Source of the DNA: an uncultured Rhabdochlamydiaceae bacterium
Lineage (GTDB): Bacteria; Chlamydiota; Chlamydiia; Chlamydiales; Rhabdochlamydiaceae
Reading direction: 5' to 3'
DNA length: 64,000 nt
Assembly: GCA_963712275.1 (NCBI GenBank)
Contig: CAVQHD010000001.1
Coordinates: forward strand, 288,001-352,000
Shown here: in pieces, positions 21,104 through 30,926 of the stretch
How the letters are laid out: each line of letters starts with the position of its first letter
Numbering within the stretch: the stretch's first letter is position 1
Program-made: the position numbers and the translations under genes
Notes under the pieces: model-generated
Database searches by the model: none
Told to the model about the DNA's origin: nothing
Seen by the model: the letters and a program-made list of their open reading frames with translations, nothing else

Positions 21104-23537
21104 TGCGACGTACCTCATCATAGTGGCTAACAAAATGAACTTCGAACCCTTTTTTAATATAGGGAGGAAGTTCATCAAAATCACGTTTATTCTCTTTTGG
21201 GAAAATTAATATTGCGACCTTGGACCGTTTTGCGGCAATCACCTTTTCTTTGACACCTCCAATCGGAAGAACCATCCCTGTCAATGTGATCTCTCCGGTC
21301 ATCGCAACATCTTTACGCACGGGCTCTTGCAAAAGCAAAGAGAGCAGCGCTGTCGACATAGTGATCCCTGCAGAAGGGCCGTCTTTAGGCGTTGCGCCTT
21401 CAGGGATATGCATATGCACTTGTTTTTTTTCAAAAAACGGCTTTCCAGGAGCATATTTTTCATGCCGGCTTTGCAAAAAACTCCAGGCAATTTGGGAAGA
21501 CTCTTTCATCACATCTCCCGCTTGTCCTGTCAGTTTCATCTCTGTTTTTTCAGCCGGGAAAAATGTTGTCTCAACGTAAAGTGTAGCACCTCCGAGCGAT
21601 GTCCAGGCAAGCCCCATGCAAACCCCAATGGGAGTTGTCGGATAGAATCGATCGCTTGTAAAAATCGGCTTGCCTAAATATTTCTCAAGCTTTTTTTCTG
21701 TGATATGGTGTTCTTGTAAGGCCTTCTTTTTCTTAGAGCTCTCTTCTGCTTTGACCACTTGGACAGCGACCTTTCGAAGCACTTTCTTAATCGAGTTTTC
21801 AAAAGTTCGAACACCTGCCTCACGCGCATAACCGTTAATCATTTGCTTAAGGGCACCTACGCTAAAATCGACATCTTGCGCTTTGAGCCCCATCGCCTTT
21901 CGATTGCGAGGAATCAGATAGTGCTGGGCAATTTTCACCTTCTCTTCCATGATATAACCCGATAGCCGGAGCACGTCCATCCTGTCTTTAAGCGGCTCTG
22001 GGATAGTATCCAAGACGTTGGCTGTAATCAGAAACAGAATATGGGATAAATCGCACCGGACATCGAGATAGTGGTCGAGAAAATCTTTGTTCTGCTCTGG
22101 GTCGAGCACTTCTAGAAGCGCCGAAGCGGGGTCGCCTTGATAACTGATACCCAGCTTATCGACTTCATCGAGCATAATCACAGGATTCATGGTCTGGGTA
22201 AACTTTAACGCCTGAACAATCTTTCCCGGCATCGACCCGATATAAGTTCTCCGATGCCCTTTGATTTCAGCCTCATCCCGCATCCCACCGACCGAAAATC
22301 GATAAAATTGTCGATTTAAGGCCCTGGCAATGCTTTTCCCAATGCTTGTTTTTCCAACGCCTGGAGGACCTACAAGGCAAATAATGCTCCCCTTGACACC
22401 CCCAGACAGTTTTCCGACGCTGATAAACTCTAAGATCCGCTGTTTGATATCCTCGAGTCCATAATGGTCTTCTTCGAGAATCTGCTTTGCTTTCTTGAGA
22501 TCGTGCGTCTCATTCGTATGAATCCCCCAGGGAACAATCGTTAGCCAATCGAGATAATTTCGACAGACAGCATACTCTGCAGACTGAATTTCAAGAACAG
22601 ATAGCTTGTCCATTTCTTCTTTAATGACAGTCATTACATCTGCAGGAACAACCCGTTTTTTAAGGCGAGTCTCAAACTTCTCTAGATCAATAGACCGATC
22701 CTCACGCTCAATTCCAAGCTCCTTCTTAATTGTTTTGAGCTGTTCTCGTAAAAAGAAATCCCGTTGGGATTTGGTGATCGTTTGTTCCATTTTTTGAGTA
22801 ATGGAACTTTGCAGCTTGCTTAAATCGAGCTCTTTCTTCAGAAGGACAAGCGCCTTATCGATCCGTTTATGCAAATCAAATGTCTCAAGCACTTCCTGGA
22901 GCTCTTCACGCCCCGCTGTTGTGAGAGCAACGGCAAAATCAGCAAGCTTTCCAGGCTCTGTAAAATCAGAGTGAGATAAGAAAATTTGAAGCTCTTCTTT
23001 AAAGAGCGGATTGAGCTTGAGTAGTTCCTTGATCGTCGTAATAATGCTGATGGAATAGGCTTTCAGCTCTTTTGTCAGTTTATCGGAAATATCCTCGTGA
23101 TATTTCACCTGTGCCCGCAAGTATTTTGACTTCACAGGTTTTGTTATCTCAAGTCTTTTTTCCATGTTGAGCACAACTTGGGCTCCACCCTGCTCCATTG
23201 GAATAATGCGTAAAATACGTGCAAGAACACCAACAGTATAGAGATCATCGAAGCCAATTTTATAAATGTCGACCTCTTCCTGTTTTGTGAGGAAAAGACC
23301 CATGCATTTGTGCTCTGTCTTAGCAACTAACTTGAGAACCTCATAAAAAGCGCCCGGCTCAATGACAACAGGCGCAGCCATGCCAGGGAAAAAAGGGCGC
23401 CGTGTTAAAGGAATCACAAAGACTTGATCTGGACCTGGAGATGATACAATGGCATCTTGCGTTGATCCAAGAGATTCTTTCACCGCATCAACGACGGCTT
23501 CTTCCTCGGCTAGCAGTTCATTTTCATCATCGTTCAT
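21081..23537 (-). CDS. lon: Lon protease
   Basis: GPPGVGKTS, PKDGPSAG, IGGVKEK. Confidence 0.97.
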   Translation of the reverse strand: MNDDENELLAEEEAVVDAVKESLGSTQDAIVSSPGPDQVFVIPLTRRPFFPGMAAPVVIEPGAFYEVLKLVAKTEHKCMGLFLTKQEEVDIYKIGFDDLYTVGVLARILRIIPMEQGGAQVVLNMEKRLEITKPVKSKYLRAQVKYHEDISDKLTKELKAYSISIITTIKELLKLNPLFKEELQIFLSHSDFTEPGKLADFAVALTTAGREELQEVLETFDLHKRIDKALVLLKKELDLSKLQSSITQKMEQTITKSQRDFFLREQLKTIKKELGIEREDRSIDLEKFETRLKKRVVPADVMTVIKEEMDKLSVLEIQSAEYAVCRNYLDWLTIVPWGIHTNETHDLKKAKQILEEDHYGLEDIKQRILEFISVGKLSGGVKGSIICLVGPPGVGKTSIGKSIARALNRQFYRFSVGGMRDEAEIKGHRRTYIGSMPGKIVQALKFTQTMNPVIMLDEVDKLGISYQGDPASALLEVLDPEQNKDFLDHYLDVRCDLSHILFLITANVLDTIPEPLKDRMDVLRLSGYIMEEKVKIAQHYLIPRNRKAMGLKAQDVDFSVGALKQMINGYAREAGVRTFENSIKKVLRKVAVQVVKAEESSKKKKALQEHHITEKKLEKYLGKPIFTSDRFYPTTPIGVCMGLAWTSLGGATLYVETTFFPAEKTEMKLTGQAGDVMKESSQIAWSFLQSRHEKYAPGKPFFEKKQVHMHIPEGATPKDGPSAGITMSTALLSLLLQEPVRKDVAMTGEITLTGMVLPIGGVKEKVIAAKRSKVAILIFPKENKRDFDELPPYIKKGFEVHFVSHYDEVRRIVFPKQL

Positions 23538-23615
23538 CAGTATTCCTTAAATATTTCGAGTTTTACAGGTTCGGCTCCGACCTGTCAAGCAACGAGAACT
23601 AAGAGACAGTCTCTA

Positions 23616-23787
23616 AGAAGCTGTCTTAAAACTCAGTTTCTGTCGATTTTTGGGGCTTTTTGAGCCAATTTTCGCTTTATTTGGTGGGAGTAATATCAAC
23701 TTTCGTATATTACCCCCACCAAATAAAGCGAAAATTGGCCAAAAATCCTCCAAAAATCGACGAAACCTGAGTTTTAAGACAGCTTCT
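23616..23787. repeat. 172-bp palindromic element, family A copy 2 (inverted)
   Basis: AGAAGCTGTC...GACAGCTTCT ends; loop in reverse orientation; preceded by mini-palindrome AGAGACAGTCTCT (23602-23614). Confidence 0.95.
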
Positions 23788-23834
23788 AAAGAAATGTACC
23801 AATTCTCTACAAATATCGCAATCTAAGCTATAAT

Positions 23835-24251
23835 ATGTCCATGACAGCTCTAATGATTGATACTTCTGGACCTGAAGGATATCTCGCCATTGCCTTTCAG
23901 GGGCAGCTCGTGCACACTCTGATTCTCCCCCAAAATCGGCAATTTTCAAAGATTTTATTTCCGTCTATCCTCTCTCTTCTGGAAAAAAGTGGCCTTCAAA
24001 AACCCGATTTCATTGCTGTGGGAAAGGGGCCCGGCACTTTTACGGGGACTCGGGTTGGAGCCATCACCGCAGAGGCCCTCTCCTATGGATGGCAAATCCC
24101 GCTCATCCCCTTCTGCTCTTCAGAGCTTCCCCATCTCCATCAAATTGCCCAAAACACCTATGAAAAATATCTTAATAATGAAGCCAATGCTCACATTGAA
24201 CTTGCCTATAGAGAGAATTGCAAAAAATTCCTAATTGTTTCTGGAAAATAG
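23835..24251 (+). CDS. tsaB: tRNA t6A biosynthesis protein TsaB (short)
   Basis: IDTS and GPGTFTGTRVG motifs; only 138 aa. Confidence 0.8.
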   Translation: MSMTALMIDTSGPEGYLAIAFQGQLVHTLILPQNRQFSKILFPSILSLLEKSGLQKPDFIAVGKGPGTFTGTRVGAITAEALSYGWQIPLIPFCSSELPHLHQIAQNTYEKYLNNEANAHIELAYRENCKKFLIVSGK

Positions 24252-24913
24252 GAAGATATCGTTTGGTCATAAGTCTCAATGATATTGCCATTTTCCATGA
24301 GAAAGGCTCGATCGAGAATTTTACTTGCAAAAGCGGTGTCTTGAGTAGAAATGACAAGCCCTTTTCCAGCAGCTTGAAGAGAAAGGAGAATTTGAATTAG
24401 CAATTCTGTATTTTGTGGATCAAGAGCAGACGTTGGTTCATCTAAAAGAAGAAACGTAGGGCTTAAAAGAAGAGCTCTGGCGATAGCAACGCGCTGCTGC
24501 TGACCTCCAGAGAGCTCAGAGGGTTTTGAGTCGATATAAGGGAGCATATCTAGGGATTGGAGCATTTGCTCAATTGCTGGAAGAAGTTTTTTGAGCGGTT
24601 TTGAGGTGAAAAGCTCCAGTGGTTTTGCGCAGTTATTTAGAACTGTCATATGTGGAAAGAGCGCGTAGTTTTGAGCGACATAACCAATGATTTGTGATCG
24701 CTTAGAAGATGTATACCTTATGAGGTTTTGGCTTTCATAGGAAATTTCTCCTTGATACTTCGACTCAAGATGGGCAAGACATCTTAAAAGAGAAGTCTTT
24801 CCACATCCACTTTTTCCAAAAAGAAGTGTGATACGTCCCTTGGGAATTTCGAAGGAAAGGTTACTCAGAATAGCTTTGTTTTTTTGAAGAGATAGATTTT
24901 TGATCGTTAACAT
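24206..24913 (-). CDS. Polar amino-acid ABC transporter ATP-binding protein
   Basis: GKSGCGKT, LSGGQQQRVAIARAL, LDEPTSALDP. Confidence 0.92.
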   Translation of the reverse strand: MLTIKNLSLQKNKAILSNLSFEIPKGRITLLFGKSGCGKTSLLRCLAHLESKYQGEISYESQNLIRYTSSKRSQIIGYVAQNYALFPHMTVLNNCAKPLELFTSKPLKKLLPAIEQMLQSLDMLPYIDSKPSELSGGQQQRVAIARALLLSPTFLLLDEPTSALDPQNTELLIQILLSLQAAGKGLVISTQDTAFASKILDRAFLMENGNIIETYDQTISSYFPETIRNFLQFSL

Positions 24914-25563
24914 ATGATTTTCCTTTCTAATTGGCGCGTGATGCATCTGAGAAAAGCCGACATACACACATAAAAAACAGCAATAGTCAGATAAATAGGA
25001 ACAGGCTCCATCTCGCGAGAGACGATATTCATGCCCATACGAGTTAGCTCAAGCATCCCGATAGAGGAAACAATAGCAGTACTTTTGAGAAGGGAATCAA
25101 GTTCATTGTTGAGAGGTCCTAAAATCAGCTTGAGCGCTTGCGGTAAAATGACATAGCGTAAAGTTTGTCCTATTGTAAATCCAAGTGCAGAGGCAGTTTC
25201 CCATTGCGCCGCAGGGATAGAGTTGATCCCTGATCGGACAATTTGGGCAACATACCCAGAAGAGCACATACCAAGAGCTATGACAGATGCGGCAAAGAGC
25301 TGAAGATTAAAGCCGAGAAGATCTGGAAGAACAAAATAGACAATGAGCAGTTGCACAAAAAAAGGAACTGATCGAAAAACAAACGTAATTGTTTCAATAC
25401 AAGAAGAAAGAAAGGGAATTTTGAGTCTAGAGCTACAAAGAACGCCAAAAATACTCCCAATAGAAAAGCTTACCACCGCAGAAAAGAGGAGCACCTGAAG
25501 TGTCATCAGGGCTCCTTTGCAAAGCAGGGGTATTGAGCGAAAAACCAGTTCTAAAGCGTTCAT
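24907..25563 (-). CDS. Polar amino-acid ABC transporter permease (HisM/GlnP type)
   Basis: FRSVPFFVQL, GYVAQIVRSGI...QWETASALG EAA-loop. Confidence 0.92.
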   Translation of the reverse strand: MNALELVFRSIPLLCKGALMTLQVLLFSAVVSFSIGSIFGVLCSSRLKIPFLSSCIETITFVFRSVPFFVQLLIVYFVLPDLLGFNLQLFAASVIALGMCSSGYVAQIVRSGINSIPAAQWETASALGFTIGQTLRYVILPQALKLILGPLNNELDSLLKSTAIVSSIGMLELTRMGMNIVSREMEPVPIYLTIAVFYVCMSAFLRCITRQLERKIIC

Positions 25564-25756
25564 GGAGAGTCTATCCCCCATTTTTTCTCAAGTTCTGCGA
25601 TTTTTCCCTCATTTTTGAGCTGAGCAATTGCATTCTTCACCTGTTCTGCAAGTTCTTGATTTTTCTTGGCAATGCAGATCCCATTTCCTAGGGCTTGCTT
25701 ATCTACAGGGATAGGAAGCCTTAGGACTTTGATCTCTGGATATTGCATCTCAACCC

Positions 25757-27071
25757 CAGGGCCTTCTGATGAAAAAGTTTTGACAGTCGCGTAAAATTTT
25801 CTTGGCTATAAATCAAAGTCTTTTGTTTTCATCTCTCCGATATAGGAGAGTGAATATGCCCAGTCGAAAAACCAGAGACCCACGATTTTCTGAACTAAAA
25901 CAAGACATTGATATAGAACAATTTGCAGGCTCCGTCCAAGGAGCTTTCCCAGATACGGATGACCCAAGGCAGCTTTCCAAGATCCAATACCCGTTTTGGT
26001 TTTTGATGTTGGTCATTCTTAGCGGATATCTCAGTGGAGCTGATACTGTGGCCGATCTTGCCGTCTATGCCGAGCTCAATATTGAATGGATCAACAAGTC
26101 AGTCAATCGGACTTTCCCAGCGCCCTCCTATGATACACTCTGGTGGCTTCTTGCAAGGTTATCCCCAGGGGTTTTTAAGCAATTGCTAAAAAAGTGGTTT
26201 GCGAACATTCCTCAGCAATTACAAGACCAACTACTTGTCATCGACGGCAAACGTCTGAAGGGGGTCTCTACGACAGACAGTCTCGTTCACCTTGTCGAGT
26301 TATTTGCAGCCGAACAAAGGCTTGTACTGGCCCAGGAAAAAGTGCCAGATAAGTCGTCAGAGCCAAGAGTAATTGATGCTTTGTTGAAAGACGTAGATGT
26401 AAATGGCGCCCTGATCTCGACAGATGCCCTTTTTGCTCATGTTGCAAGTGCACAAAAGTTTTTAAATCATGGAGCTGATTATCTGATTGGACTCAAGGGA
26501 AACCAGGGGAATTTCCATGCTGAAGCACAGAATTTTTTCGATCAGGCTCGAGAAGCCGAATATGAAGAAGTCGAAGTGGAAAGGTATCTTCCTTCTCCAG
26601 AAAAAGGTCACGGTAGAATCGAACAACGATCGATATGCGTATGTACAGTATTGGACTGGTTGCCGCAAACGGCAACCTGGCCTGCCTTAAAGGCCATCGT
26701 TGAAGTAGTCTCTGAAAGGGAGATAAATAGTAAAAAGACTTCCGAAATCCGATATTACTTCTCAAGCCGAAAAGGCACCGCAAAGGAATTTGCAGGATGG
26801 ACCCGAGGTCATTGGTCAATTGAAAATCCTTTGCATTGGGTCTTGGATGTAATCTTCAAGGAAGACGATGCTCAAGCAAAAGCTGGGTTCATAGCTGAAA
26901 ACATGGCTTTTTTTAGGCGTCTTTCTATGAATATAATCAAAGCAATAGACCCCGACCGAGGATTCTCTACTGCTCGAAAATGTTGCACTTATGAGCCGAA
27001 ATATCTCAGAGGAATTTTAGGCAAGATATTTGTGAGGTAATCTGTCAAAACTTTTTCATCAGAAGGCCCTG
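25757..27071 (+). mobile_element. Complete ISAs1-family insertion sequence (1315 bp)
   Basis: Perfect 30-bp terminal IRs CAGGGCCTTCTGATGAAAAAGTTTTGACAG; 10-bp TSD ATCTCAACCC at 25747-25756 and 27072-27081. Confidence 0.97.
25856..27040 (+). CDS. ISAs1-family transposase
   Basis: IDGKRL, LKGNQ, HGRIEQR, RGHWSIENPLHWVLDVIFKED. Confidence 0.95.
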   Translation: MPSRKTRDPRFSELKQDIDIEQFAGSVQGAFPDTDDPRQLSKIQYPFWFLMLVILSGYLSGADTVADLAVYAELNIEWINKSVNRTFPAPSYDTLWWLLARLSPGVFKQLLKKWFANIPQQLQDQLLVIDGKRLKGVSTTDSLVHLVELFAAEQRLVLAQEKVPDKSSEPRVIDALLKDVDVNGALISTDALFAHVASAQKFLNHGADYLIGLKGNQGNFHAEAQNFFDQAREAEYEEVEVERYLPSPEKGHGRIEQRSICVCTVLDWLPQTATWPALKAIVEVVSEREINSKKTSEIRYYFSSRKGTAKEFAGWTRGHWSIENPLHWVLDVIFKEDDAQAKAGFIAENMAFFRRLSMNIIKAIDPDRGFSTARKCCTYEPKYLRGILGKIFVR

Positions 27072-27692
27072 ATCTCAACCCGCTTGACAAGAGAAGGATC
27101 GATTGCAGCAGAAGATACCTTTCCGTATTTCAGCTCAAAGATAACATCTGTGATTTTTTCAACATTTTTAAACTTAAGGAGTGGAGAGCTTTTGACAACA
27201 GCCTCTTGAAAAGAGCCAGCTTCCACACAAACAGCCTTTTGAAGATTGCTCCCAAGATTTTCAAGCGTACTGACATTTGCAGGAGCTTCTTTCCAAAAAA
27301 GAAAAGGCATTGTTGTAACAGGCTCGCCTTGATAGTGAATCATTTCCATGGTTTTCTTTCGGTCGTCGGTAATGGAAATTGCCCAGATTAAGGCATCAAC
27401 TTTATCTTGCTTTAAAGCAAGCATAAGGCTTGGCATGCTGCCAAAGTCTTTGATCACAAGCTTTTTTCCAAGTTTTTGAGCAAGTAAGTTTGCTAAATCA
27501 ATATCGAACCCTTCATAGTCCCCCTTTTCATTAAGAGAGACAAAAGGAGCATAGCCACTTGTTGTACCAATTATAAAAGGCTCTTCTGCAAACAACATGG
27601 AAATTGCACATAAAAATGCAAATAAACATTTTTTCATATAAAAACTCCAAAAGTAATTTAAAAAATTAAAAAACGTGAATTCTAATTAAAAA

Positions 27693-27770
27693 TTAGATTC
27701 GATGGAAGGAATGATGGAAATGGCAAGATGAGATAGAAAAGTTCACAGATTTTGTAAAACATTTTTTCAT
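27693..27770 (-). CDS. Putative His-rich leader peptide MKKCFTKSVNFSISSCHFHHSFHRI
   Basis: AGAGGT RBS; four CAT codons within 7 codons; upstream of the amino-acid ABC operon. Confidence 0.55.
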   Translation of the reverse strand: MKKCFTKSVNFSISSCHFHHSFHRI

Positions 27771-27947
27771 ATATACCTCTTTGCCTCTCATGGACAATGA
27801 TAGGCGTCATTTTAGCAAAGGAGAGGTTTTAGTGCAATCTCTATAATTGAGCTTGTCTATATTTCCTCGACAACTTAAGATTGCTTTTCATTCTAAGAAG
27901 GTGTTTGCAAACACCCTTCTTAAACTAAAAAAGGAGTATTGGTTGGC

Positions 27948-28142
27948 ATGACGAGTGTAAAGGTGCGCCCTGGTGAGCCTATCGACAAAGCGATGAGAGC
28001 TCTAAAGAAAAAAGTTGATCGAGAAGGTGTTCTAAAAGCGGCAAAAGCGCACCGTTTCTATGACAAACCCTCTGTTAAAAGGCGAGCTAAAGCAAAAGCT
28101 GCTCTCAAGTATAAGAAAGTCAAGTCATTCAACAAATTTTAG
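27948..28142 (+). CDS. rpsU: 30S ribosomal protein S21
   Basis: [19 protein letters not shown]...[10 protein letters not shown]. Confidence 0.95.
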   Translation: MTSVKVRPGEPIDKAMRALKKKVDREGVLKAAKAHRFYDKPSVKRRAKAKAALKYKKVKSFNKF

Positions 28143-28165
28143 CACTGCAAGATGGTGTTTGCTAA
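28139..28165. promoter_or_regulatory. CIRCE-like inverted repeat upstream of dnaJ
   Basis: TTAGCACTG-N9-GTTTGCTAA versus consensus TTAGCACTC-N9-GAGTGCTAA (15/18). Confidence 0.5.
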
Positions 28166-28197
28166 AAATCAACCTCTCCGATTAAAATGGTGCTGCT

Positions 28198-29352
28198 ATG
28201 GCTGATTACTATAATACATTAGGTCTTTCACGTTCAGCAACCGCAGACGAAATCAAAAAAGCGTATCGAAAAAACGCTCTAAAGTATCATCCTGATAAAA
28301 ATCCTGGCGATGCGACTGCCGAACAGAAGTTTAAAGAAATTTCTGAAGCCTATGAAGTTTTAAGCGACGACAAAAAACGGCAGATCTACGATCAATACGG
28401 TCCTGACGCACTTCGTGCTGGCATGGGAGGCGGTCCAGGAGGAGGCTCTGCCGGTGGCTTTTCTTCGATGGAAGAAGCTCTTCGCACATTTATGGGAGCA
28501 TTTGGAGGAGGTGGAGGCGATTCTATCTTCGAATCGATGTTTGGATTTGAATCTGGAGGGGACGCCGGAGCCCAGCAAGGGGCTAGCAAGAAAATGAACC
28601 TCACCATTCCCTTTGAAGAAGCCGTCTCCGGAACGGAAAAGGAAGCCGCTATCACTAACTATATAACTTGTGAAACATGCGACGGATTAGGCGCAGCCTC
28701 TCCCTCCGCTGTTAAAGTCTGCGGCCGATGCCATGGCGCCGGTGTGATTCATCAAAACCGCGGCTTTTTTAGCATGTCAACAACCTGCCCTTCCTGTCAC
28801 GGACACTGCAAAACTATCACAGACCCGTGCAAAAACTGCCATGGAGAAGGGCGTGTTAAAAAGAAACAGACAATCAAAATTAAAGTGCCCGCAGGCATCG
28901 ACAACGGCATGCGTCTTCGCCTAGCCGGACATGGAGATGCAGGCTCTGCAGGAGGCCCTCCAGGAGACCTCTATGTTTATGTGAACGTACAGCCTCATCC
29001 TGTCTTTCAGCGCAATGGGGATGATATCATCGTCGAGCTCCCCCTCTCTTTTACAGAGGCAGCTCTTGGCGCAAAAAAAGAGATTCCCACTCCTCATGGC
29101 GGATCTGTGCAGCTTGAGATTCCCGAAGGAACTCAGCCTGACAAAGTGCTTCGCTTAAGGGGAAAAGGGATCCGCAATGTCCAAGGACAAGGGCAAGGCG
29201 ACCTTCTCGTGAAAATCGACCTCGAAACGCCCGTCCGCCTCTCCGATAAGCAAAAGCAGCTCCTAAAGTCGTTTGCTGAACTTGAAACCGATGTCAACTC
29301 CCCCCGCAAAAAGAACTTCTTTGACAAAGTGAAATCATTCTTTAAAAACTAA
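28198..29352 (+). CDS. dnaJ: Chaperone DnaJ
   Basis: HPD J-domain, G/F-rich region, four CxxCxG repeats. Confidence 0.97.
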   Translation: MADYYNTLGLSRSATADEIKKAYRKNALKYHPDKNPGDATAEQKFKEISEAYEVLSDDKKRQIYDQYGPDALRAGMGGGPGGGSAGGFSSMEEALRTFMGAFGGGGGDSIFESMFGFESGGDAGAQQGASKKMNLTIPFEEAVSGTEKEAAITNYITCETCDGLGAASPSAVKVCGRCHGAGVIHQNRGFFSMSTTCPSCHGHCKTITDPCKNCHGEGRVKKKQTIKIKVPAGIDNGMRLRLAGHGDAGSAGGPPGDLYVYVNVQPHPVFQRNGDDIIVELPLSFTEAALGAKKEIPTPHGGSVQLEIPEGTQPDKVLRLRGKGIRNVQGQGQGDLLVKIDLETPVRLSDKQKQLLKSFAELETDVNSPRKKNFFDKVKSFFKN

Positions 29353-29365
29353 TGGAACCAAAGAC

Positions 29366-30559
29366 TCAGGTCCTTATCGTGTCAGGCCCAACATAAGGTG
29401 TTCCCTTGTGGTCTTGCGAATAGTGGTAAGACGTTAAAAAATCGTGGTCTGGAGGTAAAATCCTTTTTAATATCTCAAGAGGTTTATTATACAACTCTCG
29501 TAACTGATACCAGTTGGTCTTTGGATCATAAAAGCGTTTGCTATGTTTGGAGCCGTTAAAACTTGAAGAGGGGTGCAATAAAAATACATGATCTATTATA
29601 CCCTGAATTATTTTGCTCGAAGAACTTAGGGGAGAAACTTTTGAGTCCGATGGAGGTCTAGCAGTATCCCTCATGAAAACTTCTTTTTTCTCAACACGAG
29701 CTTCCTGGCGAATCGCATGATAAGCTGTTGAAAGATTAGTCAATATTAGCATAACATGACACCCGTTAGAATCGCGCAATAACTCTTCAACTTCCTTTGC
29801 ATTGAGCTTATATAGTTGAATGAGCTTCTCCAGCTGCGTTAAGATATCAGAAGCGTGTGTTGACAAGCCTTGTAAGATTGGGATAGCAACCTCGACAAAC
29901 TTGTCATTATATCTATGTCTAAATCTAAGTTTATTATCCTCAATGATTTTTTCCATCAATTTCTTAAAAAGAGATGCATTATCTGAGAGACTAAAACCAT
30001 TCGAGAACTTTTTCAATTCAAGTTTAGTTTTCTCAATAGGCGCAGTTAATCTGGGAGTAGTGGTAGAAGAAGTAGTTCCTTCTGTTCTCTTCTCCTGAGC
30101 TTCAGGTTGTTTTATTGGAACTTGTCCCTGGCTTCCAGAAGAACTTTCAGCATTGTCTCCAGGCCGAGGCTCTTTAACTTGATCCTTCTTCGCATCCATA
30201 CTATGTATGGGAGTAGTGGTAGAAGAGGTGGTTTCTTCTTTTTTCCCTTCCTGAGCTTCAGGTTGTTTTGTTGGAATTGGTTCCTGGCTTCCAGAAGAAC
30301 TTTCAGCATTGTCTCCAGGCCGAGGCTCTTTAACTTGACCCTCCTCCAGGCTCGCATAAGTTTTGTTAGGGGCTTTGCCATTTTTGTCATTACGCCCTTC
30401 AAAAAACCGTGTAGCCACATAGTAAAATACCCCTCCGACAACCAAGAGAATGATAGGAATAGCAAGACAGTTCACCCTGGTCAACAGGGGGAAGCTACCG
30501 TAAAAGGCATTGGTTGCAATAGGCTGGGCAGAAGAATAAAGGCCAATGGGTCTTACCAT
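29366..30559 (-). CDS. Hypothetical membrane-anchored protein, paralog of 32348..33586
   Basis: N-terminal TM segment, disordered linker with a 52-aa tandem repeat, shared C-terminal domain. Confidence 0.8.
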   Translation of the reverse strand: MVRPIGLYSSAQPIATNAFYGSFPLLTRVNCLAIPIILLVVGGVFYYVATRFFEGRNDKNGKAPNKTYASLEEGQVKEPRPGDNAESSSGSQEPIPTKQPEAQEGKKEETTSSTTTPIHSMDAKKDQVKEPRPGDNAESSSGSQGQVPIKQPEAQEKRTEGTTSSTTTPRLTAPIEKTKLELKKFSNGFSLSDNASLFKKLMEKIIEDNKLRFRHRYNDKFVEVAIPILQGLSTHASDILTQLEKLIQLYKLNAKEVEELLRDSNGCHVMLILTNLSTAYHAIRQEARVEKKEVFMRDTARPPSDSKVSPLSSSSKIIQGIIDHVFLLHPSSSFNGSKHSKRFYDPKTNWYQLRELYNKPLEILKRILPPDHDFLTSYHYSQDHKGTPYVGPDTIRT

Positions 30560-30738
30560 GTTTCCCTATGTTTGAAAGTCATTGAAGAGTGCGAAAAATG
30601 CAAAAGATTTAATATCTGCCTTTAAGCTCTCTAATCCTCAATTAGTTAAAGAGAAGCCACTTTAACATAAAAACATGTTTTTTTACAACAAATTGTCAAC
30701 ATTTTACAGGAGCAGATCCCATGAACACGCGCTCTTTC

Positions 30739-30892
30739 GGCCTCCTCACAGAATCAAGAAAAATCAATTCCATGAGGAGCTTTAACTGCATGAGACCTCC
30801 TCATGGAATTGATTTTTCTTGATTCTGTGAGGAGGTCTCATGCAGTTAAAGCTCCTCATGGAATTGATTTTTCTTGATTCTGTGAGGAGGCC
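30739..30892. repeat. Nested inverted triplication (family D)
   Basis: 38-nt unit CTCCTCACAGAATC...CATGAGGAG arranged U+, linker, U-, inverted linker, U-. Confidence 0.92.
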
Positions 30893-30926
30893 TATGTGAT
30901 GATGGGTGATAAGAATGAGGAAATGC

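Larger units (their letters stand above)
25560..27637 (-). pseudogene. Amino-acid ABC substrate-binding protein interrupted by ISAs1
   Basis: N-part 27072..27637 (signal peptide, YAPF, GFDIDLA) and C-part 25560..25746 rejoin in frame as KRVEMQYPEI when the IS and one TSD copy are removed. Confidence 0.92.

Noticed and set aside
28785..28810. DnaJ third zinc motif CPSCHGHC instead of CxxCxGxG
   Set aside because: Single substitution, possibly a polymorphism or sequencing error; the ligand cysteines are intact.
30660..30688. XerD-like half-site TTTAACATAA (also near 35015) as a dif/pdif site
   Set aside because: No XerC arm after a 6-bp spacer; better explained as AT-rich promoter sequence in the duplicated block.
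30739..30892. Possible mini CRISPR array (38-nt repeats, 17-nt spacers)
   Set aside because: Units are in mixed orientation, the spacers are reverse complements of each other, and no cas genes are present.
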